Shown here: positions 17,422-33,564 of the stretch, piece by piece
Position numbering within the stretch: position 1 is the first letter of the stretch
How the letters are laid out: the number at the start of each line of letters is the position of its first letter
NCBI RefSeq assembly: GCF_964204645.1
Contig: NC_134030.1
Coordinates: forward strand, 8,537,122 to 8,601,121
Direction of reading: 5' to 3'
Length of the DNA: 64,000 bases
Source: Tubulanus polymorphus
Lineage: Eukaryota > Animalia > Nemertea
Program-made: the position numbers and the translations under genes
The notes under the pieces: generated by a model
Told to the model about the DNA's origin: nothing
The model's input: only the letters and a program-made list of their open reading frames with translations
The model's database searches: none

Positions 17422-20400
17422 TCAGTCTTTTAATAATTTCGTCCAATTTCTAATCTTTCGCTGAGCGTTGGCTGCGGCCAGCCTGGTCGCACGCGTTTTC
17501 GGTTGATTTGTATCGGTAATCGTACCGGTATCCGATGAATCATCGACAGATTTCGCGTTAATTTCCAGCGGATATAATTTCGATACGGGTCGGTTCGTAC
17601 GGCCGGTACTTGTTCGAATATCCGCTGATCGCACAAGTCCATCGGCGCTAACGTCTAATTTCTCGACGAGTGCCATACGCCAGTGTATTCGCTTCTTGTT
17701 GTCCTCGTGCACTAAAACAATGTCTCCAGTTTTTATTTTGTTTTCGAGTTTCCCGTTGAGTCTCGCACGTTCTCTGAGCGCTATCAAGTATTCACGGCTC
17801 CAACGTCGTTTGAACGAACTCAAAAGTTCTCGCAACGTTTGATTACGGCGTTGAATATCGGTATACGAAACGTTAAAGTCCTGATCATTTAGATCAATGT
17901 CCTCATACGGCAACAGAGTTAATTGGCGACCGCATAACAGTTGTGACGGAGATAACGGAAGAGGCTCGTCTTCCGTACTATACACATACGTGAGAGGTCG
18001 ATCGTTGATCGTAGCCTCAATTTCACACAAGAGAGTTCGTAATTCATCGTCCGTGACGATGCTTCTACCGAGAATCTTTCTGAGGCATTCTTTCGTTACG
18101 CCTATCATCCTTTCCCAGAATCCCCCGAACATTCATTCCCTGCCCGAACCAAGGGGCTCGTTTGGGAATGAATGTCCATCTGATTCGATTGTTCGCCATA
18201 TATCTCGCGACGATCGGCGAATTGACGATTTCTTCTATCTCTACGCAAGATTTTAGAAAGTATGACCCGTTGTCACTGATCAGTTCATGCGGTAACGATC
18301 TACGCGAAACGAATCTCTGGAATGCTCGAATAAACGCGGCAGGTGTCATATTAATGACTGATTCGAGATGGACTGCTCGCGTGGTGGCGCATGTAAACAG
18401 ACAGATGTAACGTTTATGGCGCTTGTCAGACGTGCCTCTGACCCAAATTTCGCCGGAATAATCTACTCCGGTAACAGTAAAGGGCGGAGCATCCGTAACG
18501 CGCGAAACTTGAAGTGGTGGTGGTATAGGTCTACAGTAGGCGGAGCCTCGTACTATAGCGCACGTAACACATTTCCTGAGAACTGATTTTACGACTTGTC
18601 TAATTTTCGGTATCCAGTATCTTTGCCTGATAGCAGTAACAGTCCCGCCGATTCTTAAATGTTTACACCTCCTGTGGTGAAACAACACGATCAAACGCGT
18701 AATATGGTGATCTGGTAAAAGAATGGGAAATTTGGCATCGTAGGGTAAAGACGAATTTTGCACACGACTGCCGCATCGAATAAGTCCCCTGTCATCGATA
18801 AAGATTTTCAGTTGTTTGATTAGGTTACCGCGTTTGAGTTTCTGGTCTGTCAATTGATTCAATTCAGATATAAAGTATGTTTTCTGTAAGTCCATGACCC
18901 ATTTGTTTTCTGCTGTTTTTATCTCATCGGCGGTGAGTTCCCCGCTAACCCGATCGGCTGGATTCCTCAGATTATGTAAATATCTGAGGAAATGAGCGGT
19001 AACACGCACGAGTTCGGTCAACGATCCATATTTTTCCGGATCAATGATCTTTAAGATACCCGCTTTTTCTAACTTTTCGTGTTGTATCGACATGGTAGTC
19101 TCGTCGACAGATTCATCAGTTTTAATTTCGTTATCGGCTTGAAATCGCGAGACTGGCCAATCGCCGACTTTCAACCAGTCGGGCCCGTGCCACCATAGTG
19201 TTGAATTGACCAGTTGATGAGTGGTTATACCGCGTGTTAGTACGTAGATCCGCTGGATTATCTTGAGTCGGTACGTAATTCAATTCCACATCGAGATTGT
19301 TTAGCTTCAAGGAGTTTATCTCGTGCACCCGATTTTGAACGAAACGTATATGCTCGATTTCATATCGTTAGCTACCGTGCTCTTATCTTTGTCCAAATGT
19401 GATTTTATGACGGCATTGAGAATAAACGGCGAGCACGCTGCTCCGAATAATACAGATTTAAATTGATACGTAATGAATTTGCTTTCGTGGTCGTTTGGAT
19501 CGCTTAGCCAGAAAAATTTCGTGAATTTCCGGTCTGGCTCGGCTAGGCCCACTTGAAGAAAGGCCTTTTCGATGTCGCTACTAAGTCCAACGTCGCATGT
19601 ACGAAAGTTCATCAAGATCGAACCAAGATCGTTAAGCAGTAGCGGTCCTTTTTCCAGGCAGTCATTTAAACTCGGAGACTGACGCGTACGGAAGCTACAA
19701 TCGTAGACGACGCGAATTGGTGTTGTAGCTGAGTCTTTCTTCACCGAGTGGTGCGGTATATAATGCCCTTCGGATTCGTTTTCCTCGTGGATCGACTCGA
19801 TGAATCCACGCGCTATTTGATCTTCGATAATTCGATCATAGATTTTTCGGGTATCGTTATTTAGTTTCCTGACCATCGCTCGCGTTCGGTTGGCTGTGTT
19901 CAGTCTATTGGTCGGTAATGGAGGGTGTTCCGGCCTCCATGGTAGCTGCGCAACGTATTGGTTTCCCGCCATTTCGATACAATCCGTCGCGTAATTTTCA
20001 AACGTAAGTTCTTCGTTTATCGGGTGTTTTATCCCGAGTGTTTCGACTCTCCAAAAGTTTTCGAGTTGGTCTCGTTCATGAGTATCATCGGTGAGGATAA
20101 AGTTCGCGTAGTCACGACGGTCGTGACTCGAGTTTTTTAGCGGACCCGAAAGAAGATAACCGAGTTTTGACGCAACCGCTGTGGGGCCGTTGCCCCTGAC
20201 GACTTTGTCCTCAACTAAGGACCAGTAGTAGTCGGATCCAATTAATAGAGCGATTTCGAACGATTCACGACCGCTTACAGGGTGCGCCAGTTTCAGACCC
20301 GATAGATAATGTAAATTACGTGTATCTTTGATGTGACTACTCATAGGTGTCGTAATGTTCGATTTTACGAGTGCGCTTATCGGCACGTCTCCAGTTTCGG

Positions 20401-22003
20401 TTTTAATGGCTAACTTGACCCGGTCGTATTTCCTTTGTTTAGATTTAGTATCTCCGAAGATCGAAAGATTCAGTATTTCGCTCGACTCCGGTTTCAAGTT
20501 TAATTTCACGGCTGTTTCCTCCGTGATCCATGTTCGGGTCGAGCCTTCATCAAACAATATGCTGACGGTCTCGGAGTTTTGCTGTTTTTCATCAGTAATT
20601 TCAGCAACAGCTGTCTTTAAGATGACTGGCGTCGATACGGTGATTGAGTCTTGTGAATTTAGCACGCTGATGTACATTTGCCTGTCATCGCATCGCGGGT
20701 TCTGATCGTTATGACCAGCTGATTGTGGTTTTTTGCCGCATAGAGATGTATGGTGTTTATCTGAACATACGGAACAGCTATAGCGTGACCTGCAATCTCT
20801 GGCTTTGTGATTTTTTCTCAAACAATTTCGGCAGAGATTTTATCTTTTCACTATATCCATCCGTTTTTCCAGAGTGTTATAGATCAGACAATCCCTTGAT
20901 TTGTGGTCTTTCTTGCAGTAGTTACATTGAATTTTATAATTACGGTCTAGACGGCTTGTTTGATTTCGTTTTCTGTGATGAATTAATAACGACGTGTCTG
21001 TGGTTTCGTCTTCTGAATCGCTGATGAGCACACTTTGAATGGCTTGTCCTGCCAGACCCGCTTGAATCTCTTTCTGTAACGCTTTCTTCAATTCAGTTAA
21101 ATTCCATGCTGAATCACCATGGTCGCGTGTGATCTGAGTTTTAATTCCCGATGGGAGTTTCTCGAATATGACTGGAATCAGGAGATCCCCATAGCTTTCC
21201 TCGGTCTTACCGAGAGATTTTAGACCCCTGATATAGCCTTCCAGTTCATCGTAGAACTTTTTCATCTGTTGTACATTTTCGCGTGGTTTTGGCAATTCCC
21301 ACAATGCCTTCATATAAACGTTGATCAATTTATGAGTTTGTCCGTACCTGTTTTTCAAGAGTTCAATGGCTTCGACGTAGTTGTTATTGGTCAGTGATAA
21401 GCCCTCGACGCATCGGGCCGCTTCTCCGCTGAGTTGCGCACGAAGATACTGGAATTTTTGGATGTCGTCTAATCCGGTATCGTTGTGGATAGCTGATTCG
21501 AATGCATCTATAAAGCCGATCCATTGTAGTAAATCCCCGCTGAATGTCGGTAAATGTAACTTAGGTAGATTGACTTGCCTTGATTTGTTGTTAATCGGTT
21601 GATGGGTTGTCGTTGTCGTCGGTTTCGTGTCGTTATTGAACGTTTCAATAAAGAATCTATACTTTTGTATTTCGATAATCCGTTCGAATGCGAAATCATC
21701 TGCTTCTGCGATAGATGATTGTAGATTTTCATCAGGCGTCAACGAGAGAATTGTTTGATCTAGTTCTTGGATGAGGTTTAGCTTTGCGACCGCTGATGAT
21801 ATGATTGCTACCAGATCTTGAACTTCGGCTAGGCCTACTTCTGTTGATCCGGATTTTAGGCTCTGGTAGACCTCTTCTGCACGATTGAGGTATTTAGATA
21901 ACTGCCCTCGGTGGGCCAACCGAGATGCTGTAGGACGCTTCGTTTGGTCCATTTCGTTTTGACGCTCAGTTTTGTCATTCGCATTTTTCGATGTCGTCGA
22001 CAT
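17422..22003 (-). pseudogene. Disrupted BEL/Pao gag-pol polyprotein
   Basis: ATG at 22003. In-frame TAA at 20840-20842. Deletion junction at ~19345 joining RT SSIYV directly to FVQNRVHEI. 4-bp insertion at 19241-19246 and 19-bp insertion at ~18129-18147. Stop at 17422. Confidence 0.9.
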
Positions 22004-22004
22004 A

Positions 22005-22022
22005 ATCCTGGTCACGGCACCA
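22005..22022 (-). other. Primer binding site complementary to tRNA-His 3' end
   Basis: TGGTGCCGTGACCAGGAT lies 2 nt inside the 5' LTR and is the complement of the invertebrate tRNA-His 3' end ATCCTGGTCACGGCACCA. Confidence 0.85.
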
Positions 22023-22024
22023 AA

Positions 22025-22236
22025 TGTGATGGAGTGACTATCACCACAGAGAGTTGACCAGATCCGAAGGAGTAAAGTCGAAGAGCGTGTTGTATTTTGT
22101 GAATCTAAACAGCATCTGACTTTATTACTACAGTATAGGGTTACAGTATAGTACACATGGCGCGAAACAGCAACCAATCATATAAGAGAGACATCAACGA
22201 ATCATATAAGAGAACCAACACATGTCGTTCTCGACA
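22025..22236 (-). repeat. 5' LTR (212 bp)
   Basis: Direct repeat of 16694-16900. Contains an internal AATCATATAAGAGA duplication. Confidence 0.97.
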
Positions 22237-22319
22237 AGTTAGTCATGTCTACAATGTGTGCAATTCACCAAAGATGCTACTTTTTCCGCACCTAAAAAGC
22301 TCGCTCTTGCTTTCGGTTC

Positions 22320-23135
22320 TACAGTCATACCTCGATTTACCCCCCCCCCCCCCACATTCACCGCCAACCTCGCCTACCGCCTGGATTTCATGGGTAACTG
22401 AACATTTGTATCTAAAATGTGGGAAAACCCAGATTTACGGCCCCTCGCATACCGCCACCGCCAACGAAATCTCCTAGTACAATCCTATACAAATGTATTA
22501 CAATATTTCCCGATTTACCGCCATGTAAAAGTCGAGTAATTTGATCTATTATAATTACGATACGCCACCATAAAACTATTCCGATTACCTCGTTCATAGA
22601 TCCGATGACCACCTCACTTTGTTGCAAGTCTAGCCCTCCAATAAGGTACGGTAATTAAAACTATTTCATTAGATGGCACCGAAACCGAAACGAATTGAAT
22701 TAAAAAGAAAAACGGGAGGAATAAAGATCCATCGCAATAGAAAAATAGCTGACCATTATTTTGATGGAATAAGACAGTGATTTACAGGGATATTTGCATT
22801 AAAGGCGGCGTACAGTGGCGTGCGTCTATCTACGAATCGATCTTACAGAGCGATTGGTATCGTAGTATGAACAATCAATGTTGCATGTGATATGATTCCT
22901 ATTCTAGTCTACGATGTTTTCCTGATGATCATGTGCCCCGATGTTATGTAAAATGTTTTTAATTGTAAAAGGATGTTTTTTTCAGTTTTTTTTTTTCTTT
23001 ATTCATCGCATCAATATACATCGTAGCCTACTGAGCAGATGATAGGTTAGTTATTTGAGTGACTCTACATAAACCCCGATTTACCGCCAAAATCAGGAAT
23101 CCCCAAGGGTGGCGTTAAATCGAGGTATGACTGTA
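22320..23135. mobile_element. Non-autonomous pogo/Tigger-like DNA transposon (~815 bp)
   Basis: Perfect TIRs TA-CAGTCATACCTCGATTTA (22320-22339) and TAAATCGAGGTATGACTG-TA (23116-23135), repeated subterminal CGATTTACCGCC motifs, and no transposase ORF. Confidence 0.85.
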
Positions 23136-23207
23136 CATCCATACGGTATCTACTGTAGTGTCTTGGATTACTTTTTGGAAGGTGACGATTCTAGTAATAC
23201 ATGTACT

Positions 23208-23277
23208 TAGTCTGAATACCAGTCGTTGTTACCGGTTCCCTAAAACCGGTTGTTTGTAGAACGACGGCTAGGTACTA
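23208..23277. mobile_element. 63-bp MITE family, copy 2 (inverted)
   Basis: TAGTCTGAATACCAGTCGTTGTTACCGGTTCCCTA...ACGACGGCTAGGTACTA is the reverse complement of 14854-14916. Confidence 0.7.
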
Positions 23278-24224
23278 TTAATTCATTCAGTCAATATAAG
23301 CCTGTTCTTCGAATGGTGATAATGTCAATAAGTCCAAGCAGCGGATTTATAACTGCATTTCTCCCCCGAAACTCACAAAACTAGTCGGACAATTTTCACT
23401 AATAATATATAGCATTTGTATTTATTTAATGCACAGTGTTACATGATCACTTGGAATACATAGCACATCATGACAAGAGGAGAAATGAAAACGATACAGT
23501 ACAAAAACCGTCCCCGCCGTACATAATTTTTTTTGTCGTTTCATTCAACGTTATTCGACTACTGGCTTACATAAGCATATGCGAAATTTAGTCAATTTCG
23601 AATGCTGACACATGACTTTTGAGCATCTTCGGAAAACCTTAACATTAATTATCCTCACGGAATGATTATTCTTAATATTATCACAATTCAGATTTTATCG
23701 ACGATTATTGTATTGCCTTTGAATAAAAAAATATTCAAATCCGCCGCATGCATAATCTCGAATAAATGACTCTGACAGAGACAGTTAAAGTAAAATTCAC
23801 CACTAAGTTTGAAGGAAACTTAGGTTAAATCATACTCTTCCACGGAATGTTTCTTTAGTCCAACTTAAGCCTGTAATTGATTTTAAGCATACCTGTATTT
23901 CACAAATCTATGTTGAGCAAATAATACTACAGTAAAACGTACCTGTATTGGGCAAGGTTTGGGTTTTAAGCTTTTTTGTAAACAATTACGATATTCGGCT
24001 CAAGTATACAACCTTTGATTCTATTGCATTTACTATTGCTTTTGTAATCTAAATCATGTCTGTTTATCGGTATTAGACTGGGGGTTTACGACAATCTAGA
24101 CAGCACAGTGTCTGACTAGGGGTTAAAAATCAGTGCATGGACCTATTAGCCTACGTTAATTACAATAAAATGACATTATTATGCTTATGAGGGAGGGTGT
24201 ACAGCATTTATTATCAAGCAATGC

Positions 24225-26608
24225 CTAAAATCGCCAATAGGCCATCTTGTTATTGCAGGGCATATTCTTGTCGTATTTTGTTGTCGACATGTACTCCTTT
24301 ATCTGTGGGAGAGCCTGTAAAAAGAAATAGAGAACGTACTGTAGTTAAGCGAGAAAAATTTCAATCTTATTCATCGAAAGCAGATATTGGCCGAACTGTT
24401 TTCTTTGCGAAGTCTTTCAAGCTTAGATAAAATTAATACCTTGCTTCTCATTTCTGCCGAGCTTATAAGTTGACCCAGCAGGCCACCTATATACCCTGTA
24501 CATGTAACTTTTTTTAAAAATCATGATCAATTTTACCATAACACAACTGGCAGCTATAGAAAAGAACTGGATTACGGATTTTATTGCACTTTACAAAATG
24601 ACCCGACCGATTAGGAGAAACAAGGTATCATTTTTGTTTAGCTCAAGTATTATCTTACCTCGAATCTGTCGAGGAACTTCGCCAGATTAGCATAGTTGTC
24701 GAGTAGTTTGCTGCCATACATGAGTCTATGTTCATGAAGTAACTCGTACATCGGGAAATCAACGACGCTTATCTATATCAAAAGAATTGGAAGTGTTGGT
24801 ATAATTTGGTCAGCTTAAGGGGCAAACTCACAAAGTAAGCAGTAGGTACGATGAGGGCATCCTTCGTTTTTTCAGATGCAGACACAATCTCAGTACAACT
24901 ACCCATGCAGTCAGCTACAAAGCCTTACCTTCTCGCCGGCAAACCAGGAACTGTCACCCAAGAACTTGTCGAAGCCTTTGAGATGTGGAACAAGGTCATT
25001 TTCCAAATATGTTTTCTTGCATTCCTCCTGCAATTTGGAATTTCAATGAGTTGTTTAATTTGACTATATGGGTTCAGCCCACGAAATGGAGGAAATCTAT
25101 GAATCATACAAACTTACAAAGGGTCCTTTTGGAGCATAGCACAACCTGACAAAACCGTTACGGAAGTCCATAGCCTGGTTTTCCATTATGTCAACTTTAA
25201 TTTTTTCTTTTTCAGTAGTTCCACCTGTTGAGATAAATAACAAGGCAGATGCAAGAGCCCTATAACAGCATTAGAATTAACTCCAGCACATAATAAGGCG
25301 GAAACCATCAGCAGAGTGAGGGAGAGAGGGTTTACCAATGCCTTTCTAGCAACTAGAATTAATTACTTACACAAATCGTGTTTCCTGCCGATATATCTGA
25401 GGATTGCATTGCTTTGGGTGATCTTGACATCTCCATCAATGTAATAGGGTAACTAGAAAGACAGAATCAGCTAGCCAGATTTCATTTATATCTAAATTTA
25501 AAGTGTCTGTAAAAGTACACACTCATAAAATCAAGATAGTACCATAAGTCTAAAGTTCATTTGTGACTCAAATATTGCATTGTTTGCACGTTTAAATTGC
25601 TCTTAGAACTTACATTTGGAAAATCCAGACCAAGGCTATACTTGACATTAAACCAACAGTCTTTGTTGTAGTCTGGAGCTGAAAAGAAGGGAGCAGGCTT
25701 ACAGAAATCATTTTCTCAGAATACAGATCTCAAATTCTCCAATACTCTAAGATTGGGAAACTTCAAACCTTAACCCCCATAGACCTGAACTCTATAGGCA
25801 TGACAGGTAGATATTTCAACAAGCCAAAATCAGGTCATCAATTGTTTTTTAGTCAATCACAACGTAATCTTCAATCCAGTCTACAATAGAACCAGTTTAA
25901 TCAATTTACCTTCACCGCATTCAAGTTTCTTGTCTGTAAACTCAATGCCACAATACGCGAGGAGGAATCGAATAGGCTGGGCAAGCTGAAACAGAAAATA
26001 AGAACCATTAAGAAAGCTATCAAAATCATTTCCAAACAACAAGCCCGGACAGGCTAAATTAGGCAGGTTCTAGAATAGAAGCACATGTCTAAAGATGGTA
26101 ATTAGGCCTATCCATGCCAGTGGTGTGTCACAATCACAGGAAGGCCTAAGCTTGACCAGCCTGCCGAATGTATACATGGCAGTTTTGAGGTATCATCGGT
26201 TTGTAAAAAGTCATTTTGAGGGGAAGAAAATTCGTTTTGGCAGGTCGTCCTTTAAGTGTAATCCCCTCTCTAATCATTGGTGGTTGATAATTGGATTTAT
26301 GTGAAAATACCCGATCGTGAAACAAAACCAGACAGGTTATTAAGGAGGATTAATCAGAATCTTAAAAAAAAGATCGAGAGGCAGTCTCCTGGTCTCACTC
26401 TCAAGCATTTAGTCAGTTGACTGGTTAACCCGTCGTTGACCAGTTGACAACGGGATGTTCTCTTAACACCTCTCACCCACAAGACATGGGGGTAAAAAGA
26501 CAATATGTCAGATACACAAAAGCAAGCTAAACTTTTACAAAAGAGCTAAAATTAGCTTACCCCTCGGATATCCCAGTAGCACAAAATAGGCTTTTTATCC
26601 CCGGACAT
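24225..26608 (-). CDS. GSTM: Glutathione S-transferase, Mu class
   Basis: 8 exons: 26608-26561, 25985-25910, 25678-25614, 25452-25371, 25224-25118, 25027-24929, 24772-24659, 24314-24225. Motifs ILCYWDIRGLAQPIRFLL, mu-loop [49 protein letters not shown] and VDFPMYELL. Exon sizes 76/65/82 nt are as in Mu-class GST genes. Confidence 0.96.
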
Positions 26609-26835
26609 TGTTCGATGTAGGCGGTGTAAACTGCTAAATGGAACTGAGCGATGACAAAGCGGATATCAGATATTCATTCCAGGGTCGCGTAGTAGCATTG
26701 CTGGCAAGGTTCGAATCCCACTGAATTCGCTTTTCGGAGATTCATTAGAGAAAATTCGGGAAAAAATTCCTTTTCTTTCAGTTATCAAAAATGTTGATGG
26801 GACTTTTTTCACGAAATTCTTTTTAGATTTAAAGC

Positions 26836-26896
26836 TAGTCTAGTACCTAGCCGTTGTTCCGTTGTAGGAAACCTGTAACAACTGGTATTCAGACTA
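26836..26896. mobile_element. 63-bp MITE family, copy 3 (upstream of GST)
   Basis: TAGTCTAGTACCTAGCCGTTGTT...AACTGGTATTCAGACTA. Confidence 0.7.
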
Positions 26897-27135
26897 AGTT
26901 AAAGCCTTTTTCCTACTCAATGTAGACTGATAATCTCAGTATTTCATATTAATCGAATTCGAGTTCAGAAAGTTGCACTAAGTTAGTTTAACATCGATTG
27001 TTAAATCATTAATCGTGGGTTTTGCTCATTTAAATAATTAGTGACGCTCAATGTAGATCTTATCTAATTCATCAAAAAGACGGTACTCGAGGGTTTATTG
27101 AGTTCCTCTTGTAGCTTTTCAAATTTGTCATTTTA

Positions 27136-27832
27136 TAAATAATAAATAATAAATTTATTTCCACAATAAAATTACAACATGTCATAAAGAGATATACAAA
27201 TATGAAATGTTTTAATATAAAGTGGAGGAGATTAGATGAAGCCAATGAAGGCTTATAAAATCTCTAATCCCCTAGCATACAGCGATTCACTCAACTCATA
27301 CTCACATGCAGTCATACACCTTCACCCAACATGCACCCACACACGTAGTCACTCAGGCGGTCAATCACACTATCTTTCATTCACTCTTACAATCTGGTAA
27401 TAGATGGCAGATACAGACAGATTAATTACAAATTCATTAGATACAATTTAAGTTTTCTTTTGAAAGTATCTATACACGACAGTTGTTTTAAACTTTTTGG
27501 CAAATTATTCCAGACAACAGGACCAGAAATTTTTACTGTGAATTGTGTTTTGTTAGTCCGAAATCTGGCAACACGAAAAGAATTCATATTTCTGGTTGAA
27601 TACGAGTGTATATCAACATTCTTTTTGAAATACCGATTAAAGGAATTTGGCAATTTTGAATTATTGAATTTGAACATAAATAGACTTAATTGAAATTTTG
27701 TAATATGTCTAAATTTTAGGATATTCAATTTTTGAAGATAGGGTCAGTGTGTTCTAGGAAATGAGACTTATTAACTATTCTTACTGCTCTTTTTTGTAGT
27801 AGAATTAGTGGATTTAGCTTGTTTGCATAATT
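27136..27832 (-). mobile_element. 5'-truncated CR1/L2-group non-LTR retrotransposon 3' end
   Basis: ORF2 C-terminus LQKRAVRIV...HTDPIF, LNILK...FMFKF...HSYSTR...SGPVVWNNLP...FKRKLKLYL (stop 27426), followed by a 3'UTR, AATAAA and a (TTTA/TTA)n tail. Confidence 0.85.
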
Positions 27833-27949
27833 ATCCCGGCGTTTACGACTTTAGGACTTGGAATTAGGCTATATAGACTTTTGAAATTCTCTCGGGATGT
27901 TTATTTCATTTCACCTGCAAATAGGCCAAGAAATTTGGAAAAGGCCTAA

Positions 27950-28257
27950 GGATTACAAGTATTCTTGCTTGTTTCAATTTTGGGAAAATAAATTTCATTA
28001 TCGGCAATCAGCTGTAATTCTTTCTATGAATTATATATCGACGTGGAAGTATCCCTATGTTCAATTCTCACAGCGACCACTTACACCTATATACAAAAAA
28101 GTAGGCCAAACAATTTAAAAAGCAGGATCAGGCATTGGGATCACAAGTATTCTTGTTTTTAGTCAATGTTGGGAAAATAAATCTCATTTCATTATCAATC
28201 AGCTTGAATTCTTCTATGAATTATATCAACGTGAAAGTACCCCTATGTTCAATTTTC
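27950..28257 (+). repeat. Diverged ~120-bp tandem duplication upstream of the secreted-polyprotein gene
   Basis: 27950-28068 and 28138-28257 share ACAAGTATTCTTG, GGGAAAATAAAT, AATCAGCT, TTCTATGAATTATAT and CCCTATGTTCAATT in the same order. Confidence 0.7.
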
Positions 28258-28358
28258 GGCCGGGGCGCTTGCTTATCGAATGGCTGTAATTAATGGTATC
28301 AATGCAGTCTAGTGATAACGATGATAATTCTAATGGAAATTCATATCAATTTAGTTTC

Positions 28359-28427
28359 TATAAATAAGTAACTTGCACTGCGGGACACCCAACATCTTTA
28401 GTCTCTCCCGGGAATCGAGAATTTTAG
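28359..28427 (+). promoter_or_regulatory. TATA box and short non-coding first exon of the secreted-polyprotein gene
   Basis: TATAAATA at 28359-28366, donor TTAG|GTGAAT at 28427/8, and acceptors at 28581 or 28590 just before ATG 28596. Confidence 0.55.
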
Positions 28428-28595
28428 GTGAATATATTTTGCAGTCCTTTACCGTAGCGCTTCCGCTGTTCTCCGTTTCGTATTTGTATCCCAATCGCTG
28501 TTTATTGTTCGTGCGACGCTATTGACACGGTCGCATGAAAATAAAAGGACAGCGATGATTGATCTATGTGATTTTTTGCAGTTTCTTCAGATAAG

Positions 28596-32179
<3,584 letters not shown>

Positions 32180-33564
32180 AAATCATATTTATTTCGAATA
32201 AATTGCATTTTCGTAAAATATCACTGTTAGTTTTGTCCACTTTCTTCATGTTTCTTCTTTAATTCTTCTTTAATGCAGAATGCCCACAAAATATGCTGCA
32301 AAACAATACTATTCTTTGATTTTAATTGATTGCCCACTTGCTTGTGGTTAAAGTGGCATTTGTTGATATACCTTTGGGTATGACATAGATTCCTGATGTA
32401 TCTTCAAGTAATGGACATCCGTTGGTTTATTCAAACGAACCAAACCGATTTATTCAAATCTTTTAGCTCTACAACCAACCTGGAGAAATTGCCTGAAAAC
32501 ACAGTTTCGTTCCCACGAAAAGATTATTTAATCCCACGAAGGAAACACTTAATGTCCCGTTCAAGGCTCCGTGAAATCTGAATTATGAGTTCTGGGAAAT
32601 ATTACACCCATTATTGTTTTTCTTGATTCGATCTATACATCGGATAAGCAAAACAACGAATCCACCACCATAAAGAACGATCATCGATGAATATTCTGTG
32701 GCTATCGAAGTTAGCCCCCAGTAAAAATAAGTACCGGTATATACAAGACTATACAACCACGTCAAAAATCTCCATCAGTTTATTCATCTAAAAGGTGAAC
32801 ACTTACGTGTTATCTGCGTGGAAAACGAACGTTTAGGGGTGGATCTTAGTTCACGCCAGATCTGCACGAAAAATGGCGTACGGGCAAACTATTGGGACAA
32901 TATTGCGGACAAAAGGTCTTAATGAATACCGAACGCTGCTCTTAAAGGTTGGAGCTGGCATCGATGTAATATCGCTTACTGCGACTGATATGACTAGATT
33001 TCTTTGTAAATAGTAATACGGCTATCCGATGACACAGCGATGAAATATCACCATCACCTATTTCAAAAACTAAATGTTAAGCTGAATTGTGGTGTTTTAA
33101 CTTCACTTTAATTTTTAATCTATTCCATAAGAAGCATGTTGGATGCTCATTTTTCACCAATCTTTTTATATTGTCAACTAAATAATCACGTCAGCAAACT
33201 GTTGAGATTACAGATTCACTCTTGGCCGGTCACTGGTCTCGCCAATCCAGGGTTTATGGGTCCCGCATTGGGAAAAAGAAACATCGAACCCGCTTATAAT
33301 GCCCTGCGCGGCGCTTAGCTTGATTGATTGTAATCAAAGCAAACATAAAAAGGTTAGCCATGACCGAATCAGCGATGCTGGCGATGTAGGTAGGCTACGT
33401 ACTACTACAATCGGTTGATAAGAATGTTATAGTCAATTAGTATGAAAATGGCAATACTATCACCAATTAGCGGAAATATCACATACGGCTCATTCACATT
33501 GATATGTCTATAAGAATATTTGTTATGAACGAGTTGACTCCTAACTTCTAAATCCCTCATGATA

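Larger units (their letters stand above)
16694..22236 (-). mobile_element. BEL/Pao LTR retrotransposon with both ends intact but internally deleted and disabled
   Basis: TG...CA LTRs at 16694-16900 and 22025-22236, 5-bp TSD AGTTA (16689-16693 and 22237-22241), tRNA-His PBS. Domains: Gag LPKLHLPTFSGDLLQW, three zinc knuckles, protease ILFDEGSTRT, RT (YIPHHSV, SPSLNDCLEKGP, DIEKAFLQV, FGAACSPF), integrase (HxxxxH...CVTC, TGVDYSG, ISDNGSYF, GGFWER) and C-terminal RPVSKLYPLE. Confidence 0.97.

Noticed and set aside
32874-33013. 46-aa ORF after AAAATGGCG, and an LLGQYCG (CUB-like) string in another frame
   Set aside because: No supporting exon structure or further domain residues.
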